Assembly: GCA_964235655.1 (NCBI GenBank)
Contig: CAXSBB010000015.1
Location: 21,348-85,347, forward strand
From: an uncultured Acidobacteriaceae bacterium
GTDB taxonomy: Bacteria; Acidobacteriota; Terriglobia; Terriglobales; Acidobacteriaceae
Length of the DNA stretch: 64,000 bases
Direction of reading: 5' to 3'
Position numbers and translations under genes: made by a program
Part shown: positions 1 through 9,438 of the stretch, piece by piece
Numbering within the stretch: the first letter of the stretch is position 1
Layout: every line of letters begins with the position of its first letter
The notes under the pieces: model-generated
What the model saw: the letters and a program-made list of their open reading frames with translations, nothing else
What the model was told of the DNA's origin: nothing
The model's database searches: none

Positions 1-1
1 G

Positions 2-1339
2 CACCGGCAGGAGTTTGTAGTTGCCGGTTTTACGCTGCCTAAAGATGGCGGGTCCGGGCTGGGCTCACTGCTGCTGGGGTATTACCACGAAGGTGCATTG
101 GTGTACTGCGGACGCTGTGGGACCGGCTTTTCGCAAGCTTCAGCCCGCGCTGTGCGCAAGCAATTGGAGCCCTTGCGACAAGCCAAGTCACCCTACGCGG
201 CACCGCTGAGCCGTGAAGTAAAGAAAAATGCAATATGGGTGCGCCCTAAGCTTGTATGCGAGACCCGGTTTGCAACCTGGACCGAAGATGGGCTGCTGCG
301 CCATGCATCCTTCCAAGGCATGCGGACCGATAAGCCTGCCGCGCAGGTGGTGAAGGAAACCGGCACTCCGTTGAACGCTGACGGGGTTGAGGATGAAGCA
401 CCTGCTACGAGCAGTAAACCGGCGGAGCGCAGGGTCCGGGTTTCGAATGCCGGGAAAATAGCAAGATTGACCCATCCGGACAAGGTTCTTGACCCTGCCG
501 GCGGCACGACAAAACAGCAGCTTTCCGACTACTTGGCCGCGGTTGCACCGGTCATGCTGCCGCACATTGCCGGTCGTCCGGTCTCTATCGTTCGTTGTCC
601 GAACGGCACCGGTAAACCTTGCTTTTTTCAGAAACATGTTGCCGCGGGCTTGCCGGCCAGCCTCGGGTCCGTGGCTGTACCGGATCATGACGATCCCGGA
701 CATAGTGAGCCGTACATTACTGTTGATTCTGCGGAAGCCCTCGCCGCGCTTGCCCAGCTCGGTGTCTTAGAGTTGCACCCATGGGGATCGAAAGCCGATA
801 CGCTGGAGCAGCCGGACCAATTGATTCTGGATCTTGACCCGGACACAACCGTTCCGTGGGCAACACTGGTGGAAAGTGCGCTGACCATCCGCGCGTTCCT
901 GAAGGATCTGCAACTAGAGACCTGGGTGAAGACCACAGGCGGTAAGGGACTGCACATCATCGCGCCGTTGGAACCATCGGCGGAGTGGCCGGAGTTTAGA
1001 CTTTTTGCGCGCGGGATTGCCGCTGCCATTGAGAGCAGCGCGCCCAAGCTCTACCTCATCAAGATGACCAAGGCGGCGCGTAAAGGACGCATCTTCCTGG
1101 ACTGGATGCGGAACGAGCGCGGTTCCACAGCGGTGGCACCGTGGTCGCCGCGTGCACGGGCAGGTATGCGCGTTGCGATGCCGATGGATTGGGACGAGCT
1201 CGGGAGCGGGCCGCCGGCATTTGCTGTGGCGAACTTCAGCGAGTGGCGTAACCGCATAACCCGTGACCCATGGGCTGCCATGCGCCCGCAGCGGCTTCAG
1301 CCCGAAGTGCTGCAAGCCGTGCTGGCTCAAAGCGAGTAG
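2..1339 (+). CDS. ligD: NHEJ DNA ligase D, 5'-truncated by the window edge (ligase OB domain plus primase-polymerase domain)
   Basis: Frame is open from base 2 (HRQEFVVAGFT..GSLLLGYY..YCGRCGTGF). Ligase C-terminal motifs WVRPKLVCE and LRHASFQGMR. PolDom motifs LTHPDKV, FFQKH, DLDP, KTTGGKGLHI. Confidence 0.93.
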   Translation, partial: HRQEFVVAGFTLPKDGGSGLGSLLLGYYHEGALVYCGRCGTGFSQASARAVRKQLEPLRQAKSPYAAPLSREVKKNAIWVRPKLVCETRFATWTEDGLLRHASFQGMRTDKPAAQVVKETGTPLNADGVEDEAPATSSKPAERRVRVSNAGKIARLTHPDKVLDPAGGTTKQQLSDYLAAVAPVMLPHIAGRPVSIVRCPNGTGKPCFFQKHVAAGLPASLGSVAVPDHDDPGHSEPYITVDSAEALAALAQLGVLELHPWGSKADTLEQPDQLILDLDPDTTVPWATLVESALTIRAFLKDLQLETWVKTTGGKGLHIIAPLEPSAEWPEFRLFARGIAAAIESSAPKLYLIKMTKAARKGRIFLDWMRNERGSTAVAPWSPRARAGMRVAMPMDWDELGSGPPAFAVANFSEWRNRITRDPWAAMRPQRLQPEVLQAVLAQSE

Positions 1340-1342
1340 CGT

Positions 1343-2782
1343 TCACCAACGCCGCAGCGCCGCCTGTGCCGCGTGGTACCCGCACATACCATGCACGCCT
1401 CCGCCGGGCGGCGTGGAGGACGAACAAAGAAACAGGCGCGGATCCGGCGTGCTATAGCCTTGCCAAGTGGGCCGCAGCAGCAACTGGACTACATCCATTG
1501 CGCCGCCGCTTACGTCGCCGCCGCGCAGGTTGACGTCCAGTTCTTCCAGGCGCGTGGGTCCACTTGCGCTGCGCGCCAGCACACATTCTCGAAAGCCCGG
1601 TGCAAAACGCTCGATCTGCGCTTCGATCTGCTCCGTCGCGTCTTCCCGCGTACCCCATGGCACATGGCAGTACGCCCATGCTACGTGCTTGCCGGCGGGG
1701 GCACGTGTGGGGTCGGCAAGTGTCGGCTGGGCCAGCAGTACATAAGGCTGTCGCGGTACCCGCCCGCGCAGCATGGTTCGCTCGCTGCGGGTGATCTCCG
1801 CCAATGTGCCGCCGAGGTGAATTGTGCCCGCGCGGCGGCAAGCCGAAGCTGCCCACGGGATCGGCTCACTGAGTGCATAGTCGAGCTTGAAGGCTCCCGG
1901 TCCGGGGCGGAACCGCCGTAGCTTACCGGCGTACATCCTTGGAAGTCTTTGCTCCGCCAGTACCGCCAGCTTTGCGGGTGTTGTATCGCATAGCACGATA
2001 GCGTCGTCCGGGTAGTCGCGCCCGAATTCATTCACGGAAGTCACCGGAGAAGCCGTGCGCAGGGTACCGCCTGCTGCCGTCAGCGCTCCATGGAGCGCTT
2101 GCGTAATACTGCTTGATCCGCCCTGCGGAATAGGCCAGCCAACGGCGTGCGCCGCCGCACCCAGCACCAGCGCGATAGCGGAGGAAAACGGCGCGTCAAG
2201 CGATTGGAAGGAGTGCCCGGCCAGCCCCGCGAACATGGCTCGAGCCCGCTCTGTACGAAATGCTGTGCACGCCAACAGTCGCGCCGGCATAGCCGCAAGC
2301 GCGCCGAACCGCGCCAGGCGCAATGGATGTCGGGGCAGGTGCAGTATGGGGCCAAGCAGCTCAGGCACGAGCTCCTCCCAGTGCTCCACCAGTGGACCCA
2401 CCATTGCGCGCCACGCCGGGCCATCTACGCCCAGTTCAGCAACCGCGTCATCCAGATTTCGCTCCAGGGTCACGGCTGTGCCTCCGTCGAGCGGGTGCGC
2501 CAGCGGTGCCTGGTGGTGCAGCCACTGCAGGCCGTACGCTTCAAGCGAGAGCTGCCGGAAGAAAGGCGAACCGGCGGCCATAGGGTACACGGCAGAGCCG
2601 AAATCGTGCAGGAAGCCGGGCAAAGTAAGAGGCAGGCTGCGGCAGGCACCGCCGACGGTAGCTTGAGCTTCGCGCACCTCCGTTGCAAATCCTGCGCGCG
2701 CCATGGCGATGGCCGCTGCCAATCCGTTCGGCCCTGAGCCGATTACGCCGACCTGCGATGGTACGTGTGTGTTGTTTGCCAA
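1343..2782 (-). CDS. NAD(P)/FAD-dependent oxidoreductase, phytoene dehydrogenase-like family
   Basis: N-terminal VIGSGPNGLAAA FAD-binding motif, C-terminal SSTPPGGGVHGMCG. TTG start with AAGGAG-like RBS. Confidence 0.85.
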   Translation of the reverse strand: MANNTHVPSQVGVIGSGPNGLAAAIAMARAGFATEVREAQATVGGACRSLPLTLPGFLHDFGSAVYPMAAGSPFFRQLSLEAYGLQWLHHQAPLAHPLDGGTAVTLERNLDDAVAELGVDGPAWRAMVGPLVEHWEELVPELLGPILHLPRHPLRLARFGALAAMPARLLACTAFRTERARAMFAGLAGHSFQSLDAPFSSAIALVLGAAAHAVGWPIPQGGSSSITQALHGALTAAGGTLRTASPVTSVNEFGRDYPDDAIVLCDTTPAKLAVLAEQRLPRMYAGKLRRFRPGPGAFKLDYALSEPIPWAASACRRAGTIHLGGTLAEITRSERTMLRGRVPRQPYVLLAQPTLADPTRAPAGKHVAWAYCHVPWGTREDATEQIEAQIERFAPGFRECVLARSASGPTRLEELDVNLRGGDVSGGAMDVVQLLLRPTWQGYSTPDPRLFLCSSSTPPGGGVHGMCGYHAAQAALRRW

Positions 2783-2888
2783 ATACTCTCCTTCTCTGAC
2801 CGCACCGAGTTCCGGATTGGGACTCGCTTCTTACCTTGGTACTGTTCGGTGCCTTTACAAACGAGCAGAAAGCTTGTCGAGGCAGCCT

Positions 2889-4034
2889 ATGCTGCCAACA
2901 AAGCCATTACAGCCAAGGAGGTCGAGTCTGAACTCAGCAGCGACACATGCGTCCGTCAGCGTGGTGATTCCAACTCGCAATCGTCCACAGATGGTTTTTG
3001 CAGCGGTGCGCAGTGCTTTGTCTCAAACCTTGCCCCCTGCGGAAGTAATCGTCGTCATCGATGGTCCTGCAACTTTGGATGCTGCAGGCCTGCAGCAGAG
3101 GGCAGAGGATGGAACACAAGCAGCCTTGGCGCAGGTTACCGACATACGACTGCGGATTCTCGCCCTGCCCTCGCAAGTAGGTGGCGCTGAGGCGCGCAAT
3201 ATCGGTGTCCGTGCGGCTACAGGAGATTGGATTGCGTTTCTGGATGACGACGACCTATGGCTGCCCGGCAAGTTAGCCGCCCAGCTTGGCTTTGCAGCCG
3301 CTTTGCCGGACAATATAATGCCGGTGTTGAGCTGCCCGGTACTAGCCCGCAGTCCGCAGTGGGAAGAGCTCTGGCCGCGCGAACCGTATAGTTCGGGGCA
3401 ATCTATGGCGGAGTACCTTTTTTGCCGGTGCGGATGGCGGTACGGCTCGGCTCTGCTGCAGACTTCCACTCTGCTGACACCGCGGGAACTGCTACTGCGC
3501 GTTCCCTTTACCATAGGGTTGCGCAAGCACCAGGATTGGGACTGGCTGCTTCGCGTAACGGCTGAGCCGGGCGTAATTGTCTACCCTGTCGGCAAGGTGC
3601 CACTGGCAATCTTCCATGTGGAAGGGGAACGCAGCAGTGTCGGCCGGGCCTGCGACTGGCGGTTTTCATTTGCCTGGGCTTCCGAGCGCAGGAACTATTT
3701 CACACCTCGCGCTTTTGCCGGCTTTCTCGTCACAGAGTGCGCGGCTCAAGCCGGCGCGCAGGGTCGGCGCGAGCGGGTCGCCTTTGTCACGGCTTTGCTG
3801 CATACCGATTTGCTTCGCTTCACACTCTGGCAATTGCTGCAGCTTGCTGTGTTTCTGCTGCTTTCGCAAAAAGCACGCAGAGGCATGCGAGCAGTCTTGC
3901 AAATACTGCAATCAGCACATCAAGACACAGGCGCAGTATGTCAGGCACCGACCTGCCAAGTTTCAACTTCACTCGGTTCACCTGATGCCGAGACTTTACA
4001 CCTAAGCTCTGAGAGCTTTTCGAAACAGTCCTAA
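2889..4034 (+). CDS. Glycosyltransferase family 2
   Basis: VSVVIPTRNR, VIVVIDG, ARNIGV, IAFLDDDD, QDWDW motifs. Start moved to ATG 2889 to avoid overlap with the upstream gene. Confidence 0.88.
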   Translation: MLPTKPLQPRRSSLNSAATHASVSVVIPTRNRPQMVFAAVRSALSQTLPPAEVIVVIDGPATLDAAGLQQRAEDGTQAALAQVTDIRLRILALPSQVGGAEARNIGVRAATGDWIAFLDDDDLWLPGKLAAQLGFAAALPDNIMPVLSCPVLARSPQWEELWPREPYSSGQSMAEYLFCRCGWRYGSALLQTSTLLTPRELLLRVPFTIGLRKHQDWDWLLRVTAEPGVIVYPVGKVPLAIFHVEGERSSVGRACDWRFSFAWASERRNYFTPRAFAGFLVTECAAQAGAQGRRERVAFVTALLHTDLLRFTLWQLLQLAVFLLLSQKARRGMRAVLQILQSAHQDTGAVCQAPTCQVSTSLGSPDAETLHLSSESFSKQS

Positions 4035-5023
4035 TTTTCCTGGTCGCTTCTAATTTCTTCACCCGTCTGTCCCTCGGGGTGCAGCAAGGCATAAACTTCA
4101 GGGTCAAAGCCGGTTTCAGAGGCGATTCGTCGTACGGGTGGCGCTGCGGCTGCCTGATTCCGCAGCATTTCCGCTAAAGCGTAATCCTTACGGCGTTGCC
4201 CCCACTCCCGGGCGGCAATTAGCGCGAATTCGAGATTGCCGATCAGGTACCGCTTCCAGAGTCGCCGAGGCTCCATGACCAGCCGGTACAGCCACTCGGC
4301 TCCGATGTTATGGGTCCAAGCCGGTGCCCGCTTGCGCAAACCTGCCAAGGTGTCGAGCGCAGCCCCGACTGATAAAGCAGCACCGATCGGAAGAGAAGGC
4401 ACCTCATCCCACATCCAGATTTCCTGCTTGGGGGCACCCAGCGCGACACAAAGCAAATCTGGTTTCACGGCGGCTATGCGTGCGAGTACCGCTTCATTGA
4501 GCACTTCATCCTGTTCAAAGTTTACGGGCGGGCAGTCCGTGCCCGCGATTTGAAGCCCCGGATAGCGGGCAACCAAGGTACGTGCCGCGCCTTCAGCCGC
4601 GCCGGGCAGCCCTCCAAGCAGGTAGAGCGAAAGGCCATGCTCTGCGCACAATGCGGCCATCCTCTCCATGAACTCGCCGCCCGGCACGCGCTCCGGCATC
4701 GGCGTACCCAGAAAACGCGCCGCCCAGACAACTGACATGCCGTCCGGCAGGCACAGGGACGCGCATTGAAGTGCTTTTGCAAAATGGCGGTTCTTGCCTG
4801 CGAGTGTGACCAGGTAGGCATTAGGCCCCATAATTTGTAAAGGTGCCTGGGAGGGCTGGATATGTCGGGCTTGCAAGGCACGCAGCAGCCAGCTTAAAGC
4901 TGTTTCGAAGCTCACGGCATCGATCGGTGCCGCCCCGATTTTCGTCCGCTGCGCCGGAACTTTCCAGGTTATGTTTTGTTCCGCGAATTGTGAGGACTCA
5001 TGATTTACGAATGTTGTGGCCAT
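4031..5023 (-). CDS. WecB/TagA/CpsF family glycosyltransferase
   Basis: PDGMSVVW, ERVPGGE, VALGAPKQE, GAEWLYRLVMEPRRLWKRY motifs. Confidence 0.92.
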   Translation of the reverse strand: MATTFVNHESSQFAEQNITWKVPAQRTKIGAAPIDAVSFETALSWLLRALQARHIQPSQAPLQIMGPNAYLVTLAGKNRHFAKALQCASLCLPDGMSVVWAARFLGTPMPERVPGGEFMERMAALCAEHGLSLYLLGGLPGAAEGAARTLVARYPGLQIAGTDCPPVNFEQDEVLNEAVLARIAAVKPDLLCVALGAPKQEIWMWDEVPSLPIGAALSVGAALDTLAGLRKRAPAWTHNIGAEWLYRLVMEPRRLWKRYLIGNLEFALIAAREWGQRRKDYALAEMLRNQAAAAPPVRRIASETGFDPEVYALLHPEGQTGEEIRSDQEN

Positions 5024-6006
5024 AACAAGTCTTTTCTTTGCTGAAATAGGTGCGGTTCGACACCATTGCTGATCGCTTCCGCTGTGGGTAGAAACTCATC
5101 GCGTATGCGCTGCAGTACATAGTTTGGAGAGGCTGCTAAAGAGCTGAATAAAGCTCGCAGAGCCAACCATTTTTCACCTTGACCCAAGTGCATGTTGAAC
5201 AAGCGCAACTTTTCCTTGGCAATCAGGGGCGTCTTCGACATGAGCTGTAACAATTCCGCTTCCACATCACTGAGTCTTTCCGGCACGCGGCTTTGCAGTT
5301 GCGATAGCAGCAAGTACTGCACGTAAATGCCGTGCAATGCCTGCTGGCGTAGATTTTTTGAAGTCAGGCTATTTGCATTTTGACGGTAAAGCAGCAGTAC
5401 TTCAGGGATGAACTGAATATCATGAGCTAGCGCCATGCGCCACCATAGATCCGCGTCCTCACACTGGATGCCGGGCCGGTAGCCCCCTATAGCTAGCGTT
5501 TTTTCAACGTTCAAGGCAGCACTTGGATGGCATATAGCCGGTAAATACCCGGCTTTCGCCACAGAGCGAATTTGGTCCGGCGTCCCTCGCGTACACCGGT
5601 AGAGTCCAACGGCTTTGCCTCGCGGATGGTAGGCAGCGTGCGAATAAAACATGCCCGCATCCGGGTGTTCTTCAATGGCGCGAGTGATCTTCGCAAGTCT
5701 ATCCGGCGTGGAAACGTCGTCGGCATCCTGCCTTACCAGCCACGGAGTATTGCATTCACGCAGAATACGGTTCAGCGTAAAGGTGATGCCGCAGTGCTGT
5801 TGCTCTACCACACGGAGCCGTGCATCACGAATGGAATGAAGATATTCGAGGCTTCCATCCGTTGAGCCGTCTACGATGGCAAGTAGCTGAAAGTGCGGCT
5901 CAGACTGCTGCAGAATACTTTCAATTGCTTGTGGGAGATAGGGCATCGCATTATGAACCGGCAACCCTACGGTTAAAAGCTCTTGCCTGAACTCAGTACT
6001 TTCCAT
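5005..6006 (-). CDS. Glycosyltransferase family 2
   Basis: LPVHNAMPYL, DGSTDGS, RQDADD, EDADLW motifs. Confidence 0.88.
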   Translation of the reverse strand: MESTEFRQELLTVGLPVHNAMPYLPQAIESILQQSEPHFQLLAIVDGSTDGSLEYLHSIRDARLRVVEQQHCGITFTLNRILRECNTPWLVRQDADDVSTPDRLAKITRAIEEHPDAGMFYSHAAYHPRGKAVGLYRCTRGTPDQIRSVAKAGYLPAICHPSAALNVEKTLAIGGYRPGIQCEDADLWWRMALAHDIQFIPEVLLLYRQNANSLTSKNLRQQALHGIYVQYLLLSQLQSRVPERLSDVEAELLQLMSKTPLIAKEKLRLFNMHLGQGEKWLALRALFSSLAASPNYVLQRIRDEFLPTAEAISNGVEPHLFQQRKDLLWPQHS

Positions 6007-6239
6007 GCGCCTCCTTTCAGCACAATTTTGAACTGCTGCATTCCATGCAATCTTCTATCGAGCAAACTGTACCTGTATCTATTCAGAAAGCTCTGTATCT
6101 AGTCAATTCTTCTCATAAAACTTGTAAAACTTACGTAACTTTGCCGGCCCCACTATAAGTGCTAACTTCGGCACATAAATCCTTTTGACTTGAAATGAGC
6201 CATGCGTTGTGCAAACGCACGGCTATCGAATCGGTGCCG

Positions 6240-8546
6240 ATGAACACTGCTGCCGCTACTTCCACGGTTGATGACTCACTGACACTGGCCTCAGTGTTGG
6301 TTGTGTTTCGGCGCCGTAGAAAATTGATTACCTGGCCGGTTTTATTACTGTTCCTTGCAGCAGCGGCAGGCGCTCTGCTTGCCACGCGGCGCTATCGCGC
6401 AACGGTAGAGGTGCAGGTCCTAAAAGAGGACGGCGGTGCTTTTGGTCTTGAAAGCACAGTAACCGGGATTGCCGGTGCAACTGGAAGCGATTCGCTCGAC
6501 TACAACATGACGCTTCAAACACAGGTCGGCGTCTTGCGCTCTCCCGCGCTTGCGCTAGCCGTGATCGAGGCTGCCCGCCTTGAGCCGACACTGGACTACT
6601 TCGCTCCCCCGGTTCAGGGGAAAACATCCACAGCCTGGAAAGTTTCACTGCCATGGAACAAACCGCTGGAGCCGTTAAGCGTGCCGCTTGCCCGGGCACC
6701 AAACCGACGCTATTCGGCTGAAAAGATCTTCAAGTCCCACCTGAAGGTACAGCCGGTTGCGGGAAGCCGTTTGATCGACATTTCTTATACAGATCGTGAC
6801 CCGGCCCGCGCTGCGATGGTTGCGAACACGGTAGCGCGTGTGTTGGCCGATATGGCATTTCAACAACGCTTTACAGCAGCCTTGCAGGGATCAACGTGGC
6901 TTTCAGGGCAACTTGAAGATCTACGGCAGCGCACTGAGCAGGCGCAGGCACGGGCTGCGGCGCTGCAGCGCGGCACCGGTATGTTTGGCCAGGATGGGTC
7001 CAGAAACGTTGTCCTGGAGCGCCTCGACAGTCTGAACCAGAACCTCACAGCTGCTGAAGGAAATCGAATCCTGAAAGAGGGAATTGACGCGGTAACCGCA
7101 ACGGGCAGCCCGGAGCTGATTTCGAGCTTGGCCGGTAATTCCAGCACCGGTTCGGTCGCTTCCATTCAAACATCACTTTCACTCATTCAGGGTTTGCGGC
7201 AGCAGGAGTCGCAGGTACGTTCTGAGCTGGCGCAGGACAGTGTCCGTTACGGACCCGCGTACCCGAAGATCGGCGAGCTCAATGCCCAGGTCGTCGGGAT
7301 TGCTGCTGCCATTGCTGCAGAAAATCATCGGCTCGGCCAGCGAGCGCATACCGATCTGCTGATTGCCGCCCGGCAGGAACAAGAAGCGCGTGCTGCCTTT
7401 GAAAAACAGAAGGAGGTAGCCACACGGCAGAACGAGTCTGTAATTGCCTATACCCTTGCGCGCCAGGAGGCTGAGAGTAGCCGCGATTTGTATGAAGGCC
7501 TGCTTGCCAAACTCAAGCAAAGCAGCCTGCTGGAAGGTTTGCGCGCAAACAATATATCTGTCGTAAGCGCCGCTGAGATGCCTGCGCCGGATCACGCCAC
7601 CTCGCCTAATCTTCCGCTTTGGCTGGGTGGTGCGCTCGTGGCGGGTCTCATGCTCGGTATCGGCTTTGCCCTCATTGCTGAGCTGACGGATACTTCTATC
7701 TGCTCTTTAGCGCAGCTTGAAGCTACGCTAGGTACTCCACTGCTGGCTGTGCTGCCGGCGATGCGCGGAACTTCCCTGCATGCTTTTCCCAAGGAACAGG
7801 GCTTGCGGAGATGGCGCGATCCTTTCGGACAGCGGCAAAGTGCCAAGCCGCCTACACCGCAACCTGTACCAACAATGGAGAAACGCTCCTCCATTTTTGA
7901 GGAGGGGTTACGCTCGCTGCGCACCGCGTTGCTGCTGTCTCGCAGCGGCGAGCTGCCGAAGGTGATTCTCGTTACCAGCGCCTCATCGGGAGAAGGTAAA
8001 ACGACTATCGCGTACACTCTGGCCGCTTTGCTTGCGCAAGGCGACGCACGAGTTTTGCTGGTTGATGCCGATTTGCGCCGTCCCTCACTTTATCTTTACG
8101 GGCACGACGGCGCTGGACTTGCCTCGGCACTTTCCGGAACTGACAGCATTGCCATGCAGCAGCCGATTCACTCCTTGCCGAAACTTGAGATGCTAGCCGG
8201 TAGCGAGATGCCGCCGTTCCCATCCGAGCTGCTTAGTTCGCCCCGCATTCGGCAGCTGCTGAACCATTGGCGCAATGAGTATGACTTCATTGTGCTGGAT
8301 TCCCCTCCAGTATTGCCTGTGACGGATGCTGCACTACTGGCTCAGCATAGCGATGTAACGCTGCTGCTTGCTCGCCACCGGCAAACGCCGCGACAAGCAT
8401 TGCGCCGGGGTATTGACACTTTACAAAGGCAGTCTTCGCCTCATGTTTCCATAGGCATCGTGCTGAACGATGTAGCTCGCGGCTCTGCCGAGTTCCATGA
8501 ATACTTCGGCTACGGAGGAGGCGTCCATGCCGGTTTTCAATCGTAA
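6240..8546 (+). CDS. wzc: Polysaccharide co-polymerase / BY-kinase (Wzc/GumC family)
   Basis: Two TM segments flank a coiled-coil periplasmic region. Walker A SASSGEGKTT, A' LLVDADLRRP, B FIVLDSPP. Start could also be 6195. Confidence 0.9.
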   Translation: MNTAAATSTVDDSLTLASVLVVFRRRRKLITWPVLLLFLAAAAGALLATRRYRATVEVQVLKEDGGAFGLESTVTGIAGATGSDSLDYNMTLQTQVGVLRSPALALAVIEAARLEPTLDYFAPPVQGKTSTAWKVSLPWNKPLEPLSVPLARAPNRRYSAEKIFKSHLKVQPVAGSRLIDISYTDRDPARAAMVANTVARVLADMAFQQRFTAALQGSTWLSGQLEDLRQRTEQAQARAAALQRGTGMFGQDGSRNVVLERLDSLNQNLTAAEGNRILKEGIDAVTATGSPELISSLAGNSSTGSVASIQTSLSLIQGLRQQESQVRSELAQDSVRYGPAYPKIGELNAQVVGIAAAIAAENHRLGQRAHTDLLIAARQEQEARAAFEKQKEVATRQNESVIAYTLARQEAESSRDLYEGLLAKLKQSSLLEGLRANNISVVSAAEMPAPDHATSPNLPLWLGGALVAGLMLGIGFALIAELTDTSICSLAQLEATLGTPLLAVLPAMRGTSLHAFPKEQGLRRWRDPFGQRQSAKPPTPQPVPTMEKRSSIFEEGLRSLRTALLLSRSGELPKVILVTSASSGEGKTTIAYTLAALLAQGDARVLLVDADLRRPSLYLYGHDGAGLASALSGTDSIAMQQPIHSLPKLEMLAGSEMPPFPSELLSSPRIRQLLNHWRNEYDFIVLDSPPVLPVTDAALLAQHSDVTLLLARHRQTPRQALRRGIDTLQRQSSPHVSIGIVLNDVARGSAEFHEYFGYGGGVHAGFQS

Positions 8547-9438
8547 ACAGATTTCATGTTTAATGCTGTTTCTAACCGCTGTCATCCACGTCGCCGGAGG
8601 CCAGCAGCTGCCGCAAAAGCCCGGTGAAAGCCTCTTGATCGGTCCCGGAGACCTGCTTTCAGTGCATGTATTCCGTGAAGGGGATCTTGACGCCAAGGTT
8701 CGCGTAAAAGATGCCGGTACCGCGACGCTGCCCTTGATCGGCGTCGTTCAGGTAGCGGGCATGGCTGCCCCTGATGCTGCCGAACTGATCGAGCGCCGCT
8801 ATAGCGAAAGCGGCTACCTCAACCATCCGCAGGTTGCCGTACTGATTGAAGAATCTGCGACACAGCAGGTTGCCGTGCTGGGCGAGGTGGCACATCCGGG
8901 AACCGTGCCGCTCCACAGCCCCCGCAGCTTGTTGGATGTACTTGCTGAAGCCGGCGGAATGCTGAAAACAGCCGACCGTCGTGTCACAATCCGCCATCCA
9001 AACGCACCCCCTGCTACGGTACTGATCGGCAATGACGCCGCCGGGCAACTCGCATCGGCAAACCTGATGGTGGCCCCCGGAGATACAGTACTGGTGCCTC
9101 GCGCAGGCACGGTATATGTGCTTGGCGATGTAGCTCGACCGGGTGGATACCTGATGCAGGACGATGCACGGCTGTCGCTGCTACAGGCAATTGCGCTGGC
9201 AGCCGGGACCACAAAGACTGCTGCCGAAGGGAATGCCCGGCTTATACGCAAAGTAAATGGGGTAACTACCGAACAGCCGCTTCAGCTCAAAGCCATGGAG
9301 CGCGGTAAAATTCCCGATCTCGCGCTTCAAAACGGTGACATTGTCTACATTCCGTTTTCATTCGGGCGCAACCTTGCGCTTGGGGCATCCACTATCGCCG
9401 CCTCGGCTACATCAGCGATCGTCTACGCAGCTCCATGA
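8527..9438 (+). CDS. wza: Polysaccharide export protein (Wza/SLBB family)
   Basis: Signal peptide, IGPGDLLSVHVF and LPLIGVV PES domain, repeated VLGEV..PG / VLGDV..PG SLBB motifs. Confidence 0.88.
   Translation: MPVFNRKQISCLMLFLTAVIHVAGGQQLPQKPGESLLIGPGDLLSVHVFREGDLDAKVRVKDAGTATLPLIGVVQVAGMAAPDAAELIERRYSESGYLNHPQVAVLIEESATQQVAVLGEVAHPGTVPLHSPRSLLDVLAEAGGMLKTADRRVTIRHPNAPPATVLIGNDAAGQLASANLMVAPGDTVLVPRAGTVYVLGDVARPGGYLMQDDARLSLLQAIALAAGTTKTAAEGNARLIRKVNGVTTEQPLQLKAMERGKIPDLALQNGDIVYIPFSFGRNLALGASTIAASATSAIVYAAP

Noticed and set aside
1343-2782. Calling this gene crtI (carotenoid synthesis)
   Set aside because: No crtB/crtE neighbours, and the motifs fit the broad uncharacterised oxidoreductase subfamily.
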